Source of the DNA: Parasitella parasitica NRRL 2501
Taxonomy: Eukaryota > Fungi > Mucoromycota
Length of the DNA stretch: 38,543 bases
Reading direction: 5' to 3'
Assembly: GCA_025201805.1 (NCBI GenBank)
Contig: MU619278.1
Span: 1 to 38,543 of the forward strand
Position 1 is the first letter of the stretch; each line of letters begins with the position of its first letter. Under the pieces are notes generated by a model, which worked only from the letters and a program-made list of their open reading frames with translations, had not been told where the DNA came from and ran no database searches. Shown here piece after piece: positions 38,052 through 38,543 of the stretch. The position numbers were made by a program, and so were the translations under genes.

Positions 38052-38190
38052 AATTTTAAAAGAAAATTGGTGAGAGGGTGATACTTTCTTTTTTTTTTGG
38101 ACAATTTTACTCACCTTTAATGGTGTATAGGATAAACCGAATACCCATGGCGTATCAAAGAGTAATAACAATGACTCACAATGCTTGCAA
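38030..38190 (-). ncRNA. Candidate Fanzor omega-RNA scaffold region
   Basis: Lies immediately 3' of the Fanzor stop codon and before the putative element end. A stem UUACUCUUUGAU (38165-38154) / AUUAAA-GGU-GAGUAA (38121-38107) encloses further small hairpins. Boundaries are inferred. Confidence 0.5.
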
Positions 38191-38543
38191 CTATTCTTTT
38201 GATTCAGAACGCTGGAATGGTGAAAGACGAGCGTCATTGTTTTTTGCTGCATGTAAAGATATGTTGAGGATGTTTTTTGCAGCCATTATATCGCGATTCC
38301 AAATAATATTACAAGCGGTTTCTTGACACCGTAATACAGAATGTACTCTTCGCTTTGCTGATCGTTGCACAACGTTTTCAACATTTCTTTTTTTTGCAGT
38401 TGTTGCAGACTTGACTGGTGAGGTATTCGTCTACCATTTGGACTGTAACACCACGATTTTCTTTACATTTTTGAAGAGCTTTTATGATAGTCTTTGTAGG
38501 TCCAGATCTTTTGCCTCTCATGGTAGGTGAAAATCTTCCATCT
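38191..38543 (-). CDS. Fanzor1 (eukaryotic TnpB-like RNA-guided endonuclease), C-terminal ~116 aa; 5' part outside the window; one +1 frameshift in an A8 run
   Basis: Minus-strand translation from 38542: DGRFSPTMRGKRSGPTKTIIKALQKCKENRGVTVQMVDEYLTSQVCNNCKK/RNVENVVQRSAKRRVHSVLRCQETACNIIWNRDIMAAKNILNISLHAAKNNDARLSPFQRSESKE*. It contains the RuvC-II Glu (DEY-x-TS), the split CxxC...CxxxxC zinc ribbon and the RuvC-III Asp (WNRD-xxAAxNI). Confidence 0.9.

Noticed and set aside
38004-38326. ORF-track entries 38004..38252 (-) and 38078..38326 (+)
   Set aside because: They are off-frame or antisense to the Fanzor reading frame and its downstream RNA region, with no motifs.

Overview
Gene-dense, AT-rich eukaryotic DNA with short GT-AG introns, most consistent with a Mucorales fungus (inferred from intron style and gene content). 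Reading across splice sites gives about 15 intact genes: a NOT1 paralog containing only the C-terminal part, HEL2/ZNF598, SEC24C/D, EAPP-like, VMA7, MON1, SDO1, UBP3/USP10, ALB1, an ACS-family MFS permease, KXD1, an F-box/LRR protein, an FAD monooxygenase, a STE20/PAK-like kinase and a Rab11. There is also a methyltransferase pseudogene and a decayed DD34E Tc1/IS630-type transposase. The main hidden signal is absent from the ORF track and lies in the last ~520 bp on the minus strand. It is the C-terminus of a Fanzor1 (eukaryotic TnpB-like RNA-guided nuclease; VDEYLTSQVCNNC...VHSVLRC...C...WNRDIMAAKNIL), split by one extra A in a homopolymer. It is followed by a structured ~160-nt candidate omega-RNA region and a PIF/Harbinger-like terminus (TAA/TTA + GAGCATCACCAACGG) inserted just 3' of the Tc1 relic. 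Other points of note: MON1 and SDO1 share one TTAA for their stop codons, HEL2 and the NOT1-C gene are separated by only 82 bp, and Ubp3 has an animal-type FGDF-like motif. All exon boundaries were read by eye and no database searches were run.
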